A stretch of DNA of 64,000 nucleotides from Planctomycetota bacterium (GCA_038213805.1 JBBQSO010000004.1:1-64000), one strand, 5' to 3'. Counted from the first letter of the stretch, positions 9,334-19,656 are shown. The notes: generated from the sequence alone by a model not told the origin. Numbers and translations: made by a program.

Positions 9334-9922
9334 CGCGGGCCAGCGCGCCGCGCTCGCCCGCGACCGGGAAGCCGGCCTCCCACCAGCGCCACGGCATGCC
9401 CGCCCACTCCGCGCCCGCATAGTCGACGCCGACGCGCGGCCCATTGCGCAGCTGCCTGGCCGGCTCGCGCGGCGGCAGCAGGCGGAGCGGACAGCCGGCC
9501 GCACCCAGGCGCAGCCCGTTATGGGCGCGGTTGAGGGCCAGCGCCTGGCAGAGCTTGGCCGGCCCGTTCGCGAGCTGTGCCCCACGCGCGTCGCCGCGGC
9601 GTTCGCCCGCCAGCGCCGCCCCGCCGACGATCGCCAGCGACCGGATCAACACCGCCGCAGGCTCGCCGCCGCGGTCGCAGACCACGTTCAGCATCCAGTG
9701 CATGCCGTAGCACAAATAGACGTAGAGCGTGCCGGGCTCCGCGAACAGCGTCTCAGTGCGCGGCGTTCGGCCCTTGCTGGCGTGGCAGGCGCGGTCCTCG
9801 CACCCCTGGTAGGCCTCGGTCTCGACGATCCGCCCACGCACGCCATGCGCTTCCAGCTCCCAGCCGATCAGGCGCGGGGCGAGGTCGGGTGCCGGGACCG
9901 CGAGATCGATGCGGGGGCGCAT
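9299..9922 (-). CDS. mpg: 3-methyladenine DNA glycosylase (AAG/MPG family)
   Basis: GRIVETEAY, LYVYLCYGMHWMLNVV, AVLIR, NGPAKLCQAL. Confidence 0.93.
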   Translation of the reverse strand: MRPRIDLAVPAPDLAPRLIGWELEAHGVRGRIVETEAYQGCEDRACHASKGRTPRTETLFAEPGTLYVYLCYGMHWMLNVVCDRGGEPAAVLIRSLAIVGGAALAGERRGDARGAQLANGPAKLCQALALNRAHNGLRLGAAGCPLRLLPPREPARQLRNGPRVGVDYAGAEWAGMPWRWWEAGFPVAGERGALARVTDRSRTAPCH

Positions 9923-9964
9923 GCAGGAATGGTAGGGGCTGAGGTGTGGACCCAAGGGCCTAGG

Positions 9965-10006
9965 CCCTAGACCCTGGACCCTAGACCCTAGACCCTAGAC
10001 CCTGGA
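9965..10006. repeat. Heptamer tandem repeat (CCCTRGA)x6, with inverted copies at 10101-10118
   Basis: Read directly; reverse complement CTAGGGT repeated at 10101-10118. Confidence 0.9.
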
Positions 10007-10046
10007 CCTCGGTATAGGGTGTTTCGGTATCCCTCACAGGTCGCGT

Positions 10047-10086
10047 TAAAATACGCAGCGCGAGGGATCATCCTCGCGCTGCGTAT
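10047..10086 (-). terminator. Intrinsic terminator downstream of pgk
   Basis: 15-bp perfect stem ATACGCAGCGCGAGG/CCTCGCGCTGCGTAT followed by TTT on the minus strand. Confidence 0.75.
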
Positions 10087-10129
10087 CGCGTATTCCGCGA
10101 CTAGGGTCTAGGGTCTAGCGTCTCACGTC

Positions 10130-11377
10130 TCACGCGTCCGACAGCGCCGCGATGCCGGGCAGTGCCTTGCCTTCGAGCAGTTCAAGCGAGGCGCCGCCGC
10201 CGGTCGAACAGTGGGTGACCTTGTCGTCGGTCTTCCACTTGGCTGCGGCGGTGGCGGTATCGCCGCCGCCGATCACGGTGATGGCCCCCGCCTGGGTGGC
10301 CTTGACCACCGCCTCCATCGCGGCCTTGGTGCCGACCGCGAACTTGTCGATCTCGAAGACGCCGAGTGGGCCGTTCCAGATGATGGTTCTGGCGCGCGCG
10401 ATGACCGCGGCGTTCTGCGTGACGGTCTCCGGACCGCAATCGAAGCCCTCCCAGCCGGCCGGGATGCCGGTCTTGTCGGTGGCGGCGCCGACATTGGCGT
10501 CGGGTCCGAACTTGTCGCCGGTCACGAAGTCGACGGGCAGGTGGATCTTGACGCCCTTGGCCTCCGCCTTGCGCAGCAGGTCGGCGACGATCTTGGCGCC
10601 CTCCTTGTCGAACAGGCTGTTGCCGATCTCCATGCCGAAGCAGATCTTCTTGAAGGTGTAGGCCATGCCGCCGCCGATGATCATCTCGTTGACCCGGTCG
10701 AGCAGATTGCTGATCAGCTGGATCTTGTCCGCGACCTTGGCGCCGCCGAGGATGGCCAGCACCGGACGCTTGGGGTTGTCCAGGACCTGGGCGAAGGCGT
10801 CGAGCTCCTTCTTGAGCAGGAATCCCGCCGCGCGCTGCGGCAGGGTCACGCCGACCATCGACGAGTGCGCGCGGTGCGCGGTGCCGAAAGCATCGTTGAC
10901 GTAGACGTCGCCGAGCTTGGTCAGCGAGGCGCGGAAGGCCGCGACCTTGGCCGGATCGGCCTTGGTCTTGGCGCCGGTCTCCTCGTCCTTGATCGAACCC
11001 TCCTCCTCGATGTGGAAGCGCAGGTTCTCGAGCAGCGCCACCTCGCCGGGCTTGAGCGCGGCGCACCCCTGCTCGACGTCCGCGCCGACGCAGTCATCGA
11101 AGAACTTCACCGGCCGGCCGAGCAGCTCCGCGACTTTGGCCGCGATCGGACGCAGCGAGTACTTCTCGACCTTCTTGCCGTCGGGCCGGCCGAGATGCGA
11201 CATCAGCACCACCGACGCGCCCTGGTCCAGGGCGTACTTCACCGTGGGCAGGGCCGCGACGATGCGCTGGGTGTTGGTGATGGCGCCGGTCTTCTTGTCC
11301 TGGGGGACGTTGAAGTCGACGCGCATGAGCACGCGCTTGCCGGCGAGCTGGAGCTGATCGATGGAGAGCTTGGGCAT
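10130..11377 (-). CDS. pgk: Phosphoglycerate kinase (eukaryote-type sequence)
   Basis: [45 protein letters not shown]. Confidence 0.98.
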   Translation of the reverse strand: MPKLSIDQLQLAGKRVLMRVDFNVPQDKKTGAITNTQRIVAALPTVKYALDQGASVVLMSHLGRPDGKKVEKYSLRPIAAKVAELLGRPVKFFDDCVGADVEQGCAALKPGEVALLENLRFHIEEEGSIKDEETGAKTKADPAKVAAFRASLTKLGDVYVNDAFGTAHRAHSSMVGVTLPQRAAGFLLKKELDAFAQVLDNPKRPVLAILGGAKVADKIQLISNLLDRVNEMIIGGGMAYTFKKICFGMEIGNSLFDKEGAKIVADLLRKAEAKGVKIHLPVDFVTGDKFGPDANVGAATDKTGIPAGWEGFDCGPETVTQNAAVIARARTIIWNGPLGVFEIDKFAVGTKAAMEAVVKATQAGAITVIGGGDTATAAAKWKTDDKVTHCSTGGGASLELLEGKALPGIAALSDA

Positions 11378-11538
11378 GGGAATCCTTTCGAGGAAGCGGG
11401 ACAAAGCGCCGGTCCGGTCGGGGATGGCGTCGCGCGGGGCTGAGTGTGGGCCGTCGTGGGGCATGCAAGCGGCAGGCGGCGGCGCGCGGCGCAGCTGTCG
11501 CGGTTGCGCCCTGGGGGCGCGCATCCACGCTGATCGCC

Positions 11539-12594
11539 ATGACCGTGGTCCTGGGCATTGAAAGCAGCTGCGACGAGACCGCGGTGGCGCTGGTCCAGGA
11601 CGGGCACGCCGTGCTCGCCGAGGCGATCGCCAGCCAGGCCGACGATTTCGCGGCCTGGGGTGGCGTGGTGCCAGAGCTCGCGGCGCGCGGCCACGTCGCG
11701 GCCCTGCCCGGCCTGGTCCAGCGCGTGCTCGACGCCGCCGGACTGCCGCTGGCCGCGGTCGGCGCGGTCGCGGTCGGTGCGTGGCCGGGGCTGATCGGCA
11801 GCCTGCTCACCGGCGTCACCGCGGCCAAGGCCATCGCCATCCGCCGCAGTCTGCCGCTGGCGGCCATCGACCACATCCAGTCGCATCTCGCCGCCGTCCA
11901 CCTCGGCCGGCCGGAGGTGCCCTACCCGCTCGTCGGTCTGGTCGCCTCCGGCGGGCACAGCCACCTGTACCGCTGCACCGGCCCAGGCGCCCTCGAACTG
12001 ATCGGCGGGACCATCGACGACGCCGCCGGCGAGGCCTTCGACAAGGCCGCAGCCACCCTCGACCTGGGCTACCCGGGCGGTCCCCAGGTCGACCACCTCG
12101 CCGCCACCGGCGACCCCCGCGCCTTCACCCTGCCGCGCAGCTTCCTCAAGGACGACACCCTGCGCCTGAGCTTCGCCGGACTCAAGACCGCCCTGCTCTA
12201 TCAGGTGCGCGGCCCGCTGGGGCGTGATCCCCTGACGCTCTCCGCCCAGGGTGTGCGCGACGCCTGCGCCAGCTTCCAGGCGGCCGTGGTCGACTGCCTG
12301 ACCGGCAAGCTGCGGCTCGCGTCGCGCCGCCACGGCGTGCGCGCCATCGCCGTGGGCGGCGGCGTCGCCTGCAACCGCGGCTTGCGCGCAGCGCTCGCCG
12401 CGTTTGCCATCACTGACGGCCTCACCCTGCTGTTGCCCGAGCCACGTCACTGTGCCGACAACGCCGCGATGATCGCCAGTCTCGGCCATTTCCAGGTCGC
12501 GCGCGGCGACCTCGCCGGCCCCGACCTTGCACCCCTGCCCACCGGCAGCGCCGGTCCGCGCCGTTTTTCTGCGCAGCACGGAGTGAACCGCTAG
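11539..12594 (+). CDS. tsaD: tRNA N6-threonylcarbamoyltransferase
   Basis: [44 protein letters not shown]. Confidence 0.96.
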   Translation: MTVVLGIESSCDETAVALVQDGHAVLAEAIASQADDFAAWGGVVPELAARGHVAALPGLVQRVLDAAGLPLAAVGAVAVGAWPGLIGSLLTGVTAAKAIAIRRSLPLAAIDHIQSHLAAVHLGRPEVPYPLVGLVASGGHSHLYRCTGPGALELIGGTIDDAAGEAFDKAAATLDLGYPGGPQVDHLAATGDPRAFTLPRSFLKDDTLRLSFAGLKTALLYQVRGPLGRDPLTLSAQGVRDACASFQAAVVDCLTGKLRLASRRHGVRAIAVGGGVACNRGLRAALAAFAITDGLTLLLPEPRHCADNAAMIASLGHFQVARGDLAGPDLAPLPTGSAGPRRFSAQHGVNR

Positions 12595-12893
12595 GACGCC
12601 AAGTCGCCGCGCTGACAGCCTGACTACCGATAAAGCATGAGGCGCGGAGACGCGGAGGTGGGAGGAGGACGCCGTCAAGAAGTCCTGCTTCGGGATCCCC
12701 TGCTCGCTTCGCTGCGGTTTGCGCGCACGGCACCGGGCGGAGCTGGGAACACGTCCGTCCCTTTGCTGCTTTTTTCCTCCGTGTCTCGTCTGGCATCGGT
12801 TTTCGGCTGTCGGTGCCGATGAACAACGACCAGACCCGCGGCGCGCGCCGCGGGTCTGGATGAATCGCGACATCCCGCTCGCGCGGGTTCGGC

Positions 12894-14120
12894 TCACTTG
12901 GGATGGTAGTCCTGGCGCACGTACTTCATCAGCTGGTCCGACGTCATGGCCTGCACCTGGAACTCGCGGGCGTTGTCCTGCTCCTTGTCGGAGCGGTCGC
13001 CGGCGACCAGGATGTCGACTCCCGGGCTGAGCTTCTCGCGCACGACGCCGCCCGTCTGGCGGATGAAGTTCTCGAGGTCCTCCTTGGTGTGGGGGGACTT
13101 GTTCTTCTTGGGATCGTCGAACTCGCCGGTGACCACGAAGACCTTGGGCCGGGTGGTGCTGAACACCGGATTGCCGAGATTGTCGTTCTTCGACAGCGGG
13201 AAGGCGCGGTTGTCGACCACCGACAGCACGCGGGCGGTGGCGATCTGGGCCTTGACCTCGATGACCTCGATCATGCCCTTCTCCTTATAACGGCCGCGCT
13301 CAAGGTTGAAGACCTCGAGGAGCAGGCCCGGGAAGACCCGGTCGGAGCTGCCGAGGTTGATCACCACGTAGGGCGAGCCGGGATTGACCTCGAGGATGTT
13401 GCCGACCGAGTCGAGATCCTTCAGCCAGTGCAGTTCGAGCTCGAGCAGCTGGCGGATGCGGTCCTCAAGCTGGCCGATCTTGGTGGCGCGGCGGCTGAAG
13501 TCCTCGCGGTTCTTGCGCTCGGCGGAGTCCTTCTCCTTGCCCAGACCGTCGATCTGGGTGTTCAGGCGGCTCTGGTCCTCCTGGAAGGCGGCCTCCTGCT
13601 CCTGGATCTTCTGCAGCTCCTTCTGGAGCTGCTGCTGGCGCTGCTGGATCGCCTCGTCGAGCTTGGGGTAGGCTTGGCGCGCGTCGCTGTCGTGCTCGGC
13701 CTTGAGGCCATCGATGCGGTCCTTGCTCGCGCTGACCGTGGCCAGGCCGAGCTTCCACACGCTGTCCATCAGCGGCTTGCCGTCGATGTCCTTGGTCTGC
13801 GCGGTGGCCACGCCGGACAGCACCTTGCCGTCCGACCCGTAGTAGAAGCGGTATTCATTGAGGTGCAGGTCGGCGCGCTGGATGCCGCGGCGGCGCGAGG
13901 CCAGCGCGGATTGCGCGGCGGCGATCTTGTTGCGCAGATCCGTGCTCTCGGTCATCAGCGCGTTCAGGGTGATCTTCTGGCCGTTCGGCTCATCGGGGTT
14001 GCCCTCGGTGATGGCCGTGATCTGCCCGCTCTCGTGGATGACGAGGAAGGTGAAGAGCAGGGTCACGAGCACCAGCACCACCAGTATGCTGATGAGCGCG
14101 GGATGGATGCGTCCGGCCAT
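12894..14120 (-). CDS. TM + coiled-coil + beta-barrel + BRCT-like domain protein (paralogue 2)
   Basis: N-terminal TM, Q/E/K heptad region, VVINLGSSDRVFPG, C-terminal VVTGEF...IRQTGGVVREKLSPGVDILVAG. Confidence 0.75.
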   Translation of the reverse strand: MAGRIHPALISILVVLVLVTLLFTFLVIHESGQITAITEGNPDEPNGQKITLNALMTESTDLRNKIAAAQSALASRRRGIQRADLHLNEYRFYYGSDGKVLSGVATAQTKDIDGKPLMDSVWKLGLATVSASKDRIDGLKAEHDSDARQAYPKLDEAIQQRQQQLQKELQKIQEQEAAFQEDQSRLNTQIDGLGKEKDSAERKNREDFSRRATKIGQLEDRIRQLLELELHWLKDLDSVGNILEVNPGSPYVVINLGSSDRVFPGLLLEVFNLERGRYKEKGMIEVIEVKAQIATARVLSVVDNRAFPLSKNDNLGNPVFSTTRPKVFVVTGEFDDPKKNKSPHTKEDLENFIRQTGGVVREKLSPGVDILVAGDRSDKEQDNAREFQVQAMTSDQLMKYVRQDYHPK

Positions 14121-14129
14121 GGGTGTTCC

Positions 14130-15245
14130 TTACTGCTTGCTGCGCGAGAAGTCGCCGAGATGGAAGAGCTGGCTCTGGATGAGCTGCTCCTCGCTGAGGA
14201 TGCTGATGCCGAGCTTGATCGCCTGCTGCAGGGCAGCATCGGAACGCTCGCCCGCGACCAGGTAATCCGTGTTCACCGACAGCTCAGCATCGTAGCGGCC
14301 GCCCGATTCGGTGATGAAGCGGCGCAGCTCGTCCTTGCTGAACTGGGAGAAGTCGCCACGGATGGCGAAACCCTTGACCTTCTCGGGGTCGTAGACCGGG
14401 TTGAACAGGCTGTCATTGGGGATGAACGGGTCGTTGGCGTCGGTCTCTTGGAGCACGCGCCCGACCGAAATCATCTCCTCGACGCGGGTGATCTCGATGG
14501 CGCCCTTGACGATGAGCTTGCCGCCGCGCCGGTTGAAGACGGTGAAGCGCGTGCCCTTGCGCAGGTTGTGCTTCTGGCCGCGGTTGATGACCACGAAGCC
14601 CTCGCTGGCGCTGGCCTGGACGATCTCACCCTTGCTGTGGATCTCCTTGGAGTCGATCTCGCGCTGGCGGATCAGCTCGCGCACGCGGTCCTCAAGCTGG
14701 ACGATGCGGTCGTCGAGGTCCTTGTTCTCCTTGCGGCCCTTCTTCTTGATGCCTTCGACCTCCTGCTTGAGGTCCTCGATCTTCTTGCGCAGCTGGGCAC
14801 GGCGGTCGTCGAAGTCGCGCTCGTTGGCGTGGGCGCGGGTCTCCTCCTGGGCGAGTTCGCCGCGGCGCTCCTTCATCTCCTTCAGCTTGTCGGCTGCTGT
14901 GGAGATCTCCTTGTCGATGTCCTCGGTGATGCCCTTGAGCGACACCTGGTTGCTGGCCACCAGACGCGCGACGTCGTCGATGGTCTGCTTGTCGTCGGCC
15001 TCGAGATCGTGGGCGAGCTGGACGCGCGCGCCGATCTGCTGCTCCAGGGGCTGCTTGGCGGCCTCCAGCTCGGCGGCGTACACGCGCAGGACCTTGATGT
15101 CGGCCTTGAGCTGCTCGTGCTGCTCGTGCAGCCCGGCCTTCTGCGCATGGCGGTACAGGAACAGGCCGAAGGTCGCCGCGGCGGCGAGCGAGAACACCAC
15201 GAACAGGCCGACCAGCCAGGCTGGCGTGCGTTGGCTATAGTCCAT
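14130..15245 (-). CDS. TM + coiled-coil + beta-barrel + BRCT-like domain protein (paralogue 1)
   Basis: N-terminal TM, long coiled coil, VVINRGQKHNLRKG, C-terminal ITESGGRYDAELSVNTDYLVAG...AIKLGISILSEEQL. Confidence 0.75.
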   Translation of the reverse strand: MDYSQRTPAWLVGLFVVFSLAAAATFGLFLYRHAQKAGLHEQHEQLKADIKVLRVYAAELEAAKQPLEQQIGARVQLAHDLEADDKQTIDDVARLVASNQVSLKGITEDIDKEISTAADKLKEMKERRGELAQEETRAHANERDFDDRRAQLRKKIEDLKQEVEGIKKKGRKENKDLDDRIVQLEDRVRELIRQREIDSKEIHSKGEIVQASASEGFVVINRGQKHNLRKGTRFTVFNRRGGKLIVKGAIEITRVEEMISVGRVLQETDANDPFIPNDSLFNPVYDPEKVKGFAIRGDFSQFSKDELRRFITESGGRYDAELSVNTDYLVAGERSDAALQQAIKLGISILSEEQLIQSQLFHLGDFSRSKQ

Positions 15246-15571
15246 AGAACGAGCTCCCTTGTGCTGACAGCGCCGAGCCAACGTAGAAAGGGCCCTCGGC
15301 CCCACAATTCCAGCCGCCGCGCCGGGGCCCTCCGTGTGTCAGTAGGGCGCGCGCGACCACGACTGGTCGGGACAGGGGGTTAGAGGGACCTCCAGGACAT
15401 CGGATTCCGGGGGCGCATCGCTATCCGCGTGCAGCCGTGCCAGAGCTGGGGTCCCTGGCAAGCATGGGTCGTACATCTGCAACGGCGGTGCGAGGCCGAC
15501 ATGCAGCCCCAACTTGCGGACCGGTTTTCTGGGCAATCCGAAGCCATCCCGTGCGACCCACAAGCGAGCCT

Positions 15572-15610
15572 CGCAATCTCCTGGTGCGGCATGCGCGGTT
15601 AATGGGTGCC
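15572..15610. promoter_or_regulatory. Candidate tandem NtrC-type sites upstream of amtB
   Basis: CGCAATCTCCTGGTGCG and CGCGGTTAATGGGTGCC resemble TGCACC-N5-GGTGCA, 22 bp apart. Confidence 0.45.
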
Positions 15611-15760
15611 TGGATTATTTTTGAGCGACTTTGCGGATAGCTGCTCACTGATACAGCAGTTCATATGGTGCGGATGATGCAGATATCTACCTGGTTCGTT
15701 CGTTGTAACCGATCTCATGCTATAGGGATAAGACATGTCGTCGAGCGTCGCGCCCCACCT

Positions 15761-15777
15761 TCGGTTCGCGGTTTGCC
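15761..15777 (+). promoter_or_regulatory. Candidate sigma54 promoter of amtB-glnK
   Basis: TCGGTTCGCGGTTTGCC = GG-N10-GC with TTTGC -12 element. Confidence 0.5.
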
Positions 15778-15834
15778 AAGAGGGCCACCACGCGGGCGGT
15801 ACGAGCCCACCCTCATTCCCCAAGGATCACCTCC

Positions 15835-17511
15835 ATGATGCGACCCCTCCTCTCCCTGCTCGCAGGGCTCCTGTTCCTGACTGGTGGCTCCCAGCTTTGG
15901 GCAGAAGAACCAGCCAGCGCCGGCACGCCCGCTGCGGCGCCTGCAGCCTCGTTGCCGCCCTCAGCCCCCGTAGCGCACGAGGCGGCACCCGCAGACGCCG
16001 CCGCCCCGGCTGCGGAGAAGCCCAAGACGGTCGAGGAACGCCTCACCGCCGTCGAGGCCATGGCCAAGACCGGTGCCGACGCCGTCAACCAGGTCGCCTT
16101 CAACTCCGGCGACAACGCCTGGATGCTGACCTCGTCGGTCATCGTGCTGATGATGACCATCCCCGGCCTGGCCCTGTTCTACGGCGGCCTGGTGCGCCGG
16201 AAGAACGTGCTCGGCACCATGTACCAGAGCTTCTTCCACTGCGGCATCGTGACCGTGATCTGGGTGGTCTTTGGTTTCAGTGCCACGTTTGGACCCGGCG
16301 CCACCACCTCGGTGCCAAAGGTCGATGACAAGGGCGTCGAGGTCAAAGACGACAAGGGTGCCGTCGTCAACGTCGATGAACCTACGTTCATGGCCGGCTT
16401 CTTCGGCGGCATGGACTACGTCATGCTCAAGAACGTGATCTGGACCCCCGAGTCCAAGGATGAAAAGGGTGTGCGCGTACCTGGCTCAATCCCCGGCCCG
16501 AACGGCGATTACGCCGCCAGCATCAGCTTCGGCACGTTCTTCTTCTTCCAGCTGACCTTCGCCATCATCACGCCCGCGCTGATCTGCGGCGCGTTTGCCG
16601 AACGCATGAAATTCGCCGGCTTTGCGGCCTTCACTTCGCTGTGGGCGATCTTCGTCTACATTCCCATCGCGCACGCGGTGTGGGGCAAGAACGGCTTCTT
16701 CAACTGGGGCTTCAACAACAACATGCACGGCGCCTTCGACTTCGCTGGCGGTACCGTGGTGCACATCTCCTCGGGAATCGCGGCGCTGGTGGTCGCGCTG
16801 TTCATCGGCAAGCGCAAGGGCTATCCGAACTCGGCGATGCCTCCGCACTCGCTCGTACTGAGCTTTGTCGGCGCGGCGATGCTGTGGGTCGGCTGGTTCG
16901 GGTTCAACGGCGGCTCGGCGCTTTCGGCCGGCGCCCTCGCCGTGTTCGCCTCATGCAACACCATGATCGCCACCGCGGCGGCCTCGCTCAGCTGGCCGCT
17001 CCTTGAATGGATCCTGCGCGGCAAGCCCACCGTCCTCGGTGGCATCTCGGGTGCAGTCGCCGGCCTGGTCGCCATCACCCCGGCCTGCGGTTTCGTCACC
17101 CCGGCCTCGGCCCTGATCATCGGCCTGGTCGCCGGCGGCCTGTGCCTGGTCACCGCGACCTACATGAAGCGGGCGCTTGGGTACGATGACACCCTCGACG
17201 CCTTCGGCGTGCACGCCATCGGCGGCATCTGGGGCGCCATCGCCACCGGCCTGTTCTTCTGCGTCGACGCCAACCCTGGCGTCAAGGCGCTCAATGCCGG
17301 CCTGTACGACGCGATCGTGGCGGGCAGCCACCCGGTGGTGCTCAACCAGATCAAGGCGGTGCTCATCACCATCGTGATCTCGGCGATCGGCACGAGCATC
17401 ATCGCCGCCCTGGTCAAGTATACCATCGGCCTGCGCGTCTCGGCCGAAGACGAAGAAGTCGGTCTCGACCTCAGCCAGCATGGCGAGGAAGGCTACGTCG
17501 GCGTCGGCTGA
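15835..17511 (+). CDS. amtB: Ammonium transporter
   Basis: PGLALFYGG, DFAGGTVVH, GWFGFNGGS, DDTLDAFGVH, GLDLSQHGE. Confidence 0.97.
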   Translation: MMRPLLSLLAGLLFLTGGSQLWAEEPASAGTPAAAPAASLPPSAPVAHEAAPADAAAPAAEKPKTVEERLTAVEAMAKTGADAVNQVAFNSGDNAWMLTSSVIVLMMTIPGLALFYGGLVRRKNVLGTMYQSFFHCGIVTVIWVVFGFSATFGPGATTSVPKVDDKGVEVKDDKGAVVNVDEPTFMAGFFGGMDYVMLKNVIWTPESKDEKGVRVPGSIPGPNGDYAASISFGTFFFFQLTFAIITPALICGAFAERMKFAGFAAFTSLWAIFVYIPIAHAVWGKNGFFNWGFNNNMHGAFDFAGGTVVHISSGIAALVVALFIGKRKGYPNSAMPPHSLVLSFVGAAMLWVGWFGFNGGSALSAGALAVFASCNTMIATAAASLSWPLLEWILRGKPTVLGGISGAVAGLVAITPACGFVTPASALIIGLVAGGLCLVTATYMKRALGYDDTLDAFGVHAIGGIWGAIATGLFFCVDANPGVKALNAGLYDAIVAGSHPVVLNQIKAVLITIVISAIGTSIIAALVKYTIGLRVSAEDEEVGLDLSQHGEEGYVGVG

Positions 17512-17602
17512 CCTGGCCCGGCCCCCCGGACGGGTTGTCCCCGTCCGGGGGTGCTGTTAGGCTCTTTTTCCCAACCCCACTCTCACACTCCAAGGAATCC
17601 CC

Positions 17603-17950
17603 ATGAAAATGATCGAGGCCATCATCCAGCCGTCCAAGCTGGAGGCCGTCAAGGAAGCGCTGAACGAGGTCGAGGTCGTGCGCCTGACCATCAGCGATGT
17701 GCAGGGCTTCGGCCGCCAGAAGGGCCACACCGAGATCTACCGCGGCCACGAATACACGGTCAACCTGCTGCGCAAGGTCAAGCTGCAGATCGCCGTGAAC
17801 GACGAGTTCGTCGAGCCGACCGTCAATGCCATCATCAAGGCCGGACGCACCGGTGAAGAAGGCAAGGTCGGCGACGGCAAGATCTTCATCCTGCCCCTGC
17901 AGGACTGCATCCGCATCCGTACCGGCGAGCGCGGCCCCGAGGCCATCTGA
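17603..17950 (+). CDS. glnK: Nitrogen regulatory protein P-II
   Basis: GFGRQKGHTEIYRG, GDGKIF, RIRTGE; adjacent to amtB. Confidence 0.93.
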   Translation: MKMIEAIIQPSKLEAVKEALNEVEVVRLTISDVQGFGRQKGHTEIYRGHEYTVNLLRKVKLQIAVNDEFVEPTVNAIIKAGRTGEEGKVGDGKIFILPLQDCIRIRTGERGPEAI

Positions 17951-17955
17951 ATCTG

Positions 17956-17988
17956 CGGCCCCAGGGTCTTTGGCCCTGGGGCCGTTTT
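17956..17988 (+). terminator. Intrinsic terminator after glnK
   Basis: CGGCCCCAGGG/CCCTGGGGCCG stem followed by TTTT. Confidence 0.8.
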
Positions 17989-18246
17989 CGTCTCCGGACC
18001 ACGTCGCACGGCCGCCGTGCTGCTGCGCGCACGCGGCCGCATCGTGCGCTTTCGACGCGGCACGCGCGCTTCTGGCCAGAGCGGGGATTCGCCAGTCACA
18101 GCTCGATTTTTCCGCAGTCTCTCACACACCACAATCGGCCATGCGGCGTCTTGCCCAAGCCTGGGCCGCAGCTAGCCTCTCCCGCCCTGACCCAACCCCG
18201 CGCAGCGTTCCCGCTGCCCCGACCCAATCCTGCCTAGGAGCACTCC

Positions 18247-19656
18247 ATGAGCGTTGAAAAAGCCCTGCAACTCGCCAAGGACCACGGCGCCAAGTACGTC
18301 GACATCGTCTTCGGCGACATGTTCGGCACCCTGCAGCACTTCACCATCACTGCGCGCCGCCTCGAGGCCTCGCTGTTCACCGACGGCCTGCCTTTCGACG
18401 GCTCGTCGATCCGCGGCTGGCAGGGCATCGAGAAGTCGGACATGCTCATCAAGCCGGACCCGGCCACGGCCTTCATCGACCCCTTCCGTGAGCAGCCCAC
18501 CATCACCTTCTTCGGCGACGTCTACGATCCGCGCTCCGGCCAGCGCTACACGCGCGACCCGCGCTCGATCGCCCACAAGGCGCTCGCCTACCTGAACAGC
18601 AGCGGCATCGGCGACATGGCCTACTTCGGCCCCGAGCCCGAGTTCTTCATCTTCGACTCGATCCGCTACGACTCCAAGCCCAACGCCGCCTTCTACTACC
18701 TCGACTCCAACGAGGCGCCGTGGAACATGGGCGTCGACGACGGCATCAACCAGGGCCACAAGATCCGCCACAAGCAGGGCTACTTCCCCGCGTCGCCCGC
18801 TGACACGCTGTTCGACCTGCGCAGCGAGATCACCACCAACATGCAGACCATGGGCATGGAAGTGGATCTCCATCACCACGAGGTGGCCAGCCCCGGCCAG
18901 TGCGAGATCGGCATCAAGTACGGCACCGCGGTCACCGCAGGCGACCTGGTCCACCTCTACAAGTACGCGGTCAAGAACACCGCCTTCCAGCACGGCAAGA
19001 CGGCGACCTTCATGCCCAAGCCAATGTTCTTCGACAACGGCAGCGGCATGCACAACCACATGTCGATCTGGAAGGACAAGAAGAACACCTTCGCCGGCAA
19101 CGTGTACTCGAAGCTGTCGCAGAACGCCATCTGGGCGATCGGCGGCATCCTCAAGCACGGCAAGTCGATCCAGGCCTTCACCAACCCGTCGGCGAACAGC
19201 TACCGCCGCCTGGTGCCGGGCTACGAAGCCCCGGTGAACCTCGCCTACTCGGCGAACAACCGCTCGGCCTCGATCCGCATCCCGCACGTCCAGGGCGACA
19301 ATGCCCGCCGCTTCGAGTTCCGCTGCCCCGACGCCTCGGGCAGCCCCTACCTGGTCACCGCGGCGATCCTCATGGCCGCCATCGACGGCATCAAGAACCA
19401 GATCGATCCGGGCAAGCCGATGGACAAGAACATCTACGACCTGCCGCCCGAGGAACTGGCGCAGATCCCCGGCACCTGCAAGAGCCTCGAAGAGGCCCTC
19501 GACACCATGGAAGCCGACAAGGCCTGGCTGACCGCCGGCGACGTTTTCACCGAGGACATGATCGAAGCCTACGTTGCGGTGAAGCGCGAGAACGAGGTCG
19601 AGCCGCTCAAGCTGCGTCCGAATCCGTACGAGTTCTACCTATACTACGACTGCTGA
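18247..19656 (+). CDS. glnA: Glutamine synthetase type I
   Basis: FDGSSIRGW, FGPEPEFF, HHHEVA, FMPKP, RLVPGYEAP, NIYDLP adenylylation loop. Confidence 0.98.
   Translation: MSVEKALQLAKDHGAKYVDIVFGDMFGTLQHFTITARRLEASLFTDGLPFDGSSIRGWQGIEKSDMLIKPDPATAFIDPFREQPTITFFGDVYDPRSGQRYTRDPRSIAHKALAYLNSSGIGDMAYFGPEPEFFIFDSIRYDSKPNAAFYYLDSNEAPWNMGVDDGINQGHKIRHKQGYFPASPADTLFDLRSEITTNMQTMGMEVDLHHHEVASPGQCEIGIKYGTAVTAGDLVHLYKYAVKNTAFQHGKTATFMPKPMFFDNGSGMHNHMSIWKDKKNTFAGNVYSKLSQNAIWAIGGILKHGKSIQAFTNPSANSYRRLVPGYEAPVNLAYSANNRSASIRIPHVQGDNARRFEFRCPDASGSPYLVTAAILMAAIDGIKNQIDPGKPMDKNIYDLPPEELAQIPGTCKSLEEALDTMEADKAWLTAGDVFTEDMIEAYVAVKRENEVEPLKLRPNPYEFYLYYDC

Noticed and set aside
12595..12890. Short imperfect repeats (CGCGGAG, CGCCAAG) between tsaD and the convergent gene
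   Set aside because: Too few and too degenerate to define an element from this window alone
12903..15383. 826-aa ORF on the + strand
   Set aside because: Antisense shadow of the two coiled-coil genes; typical of high-GC codon bias and has no motifs
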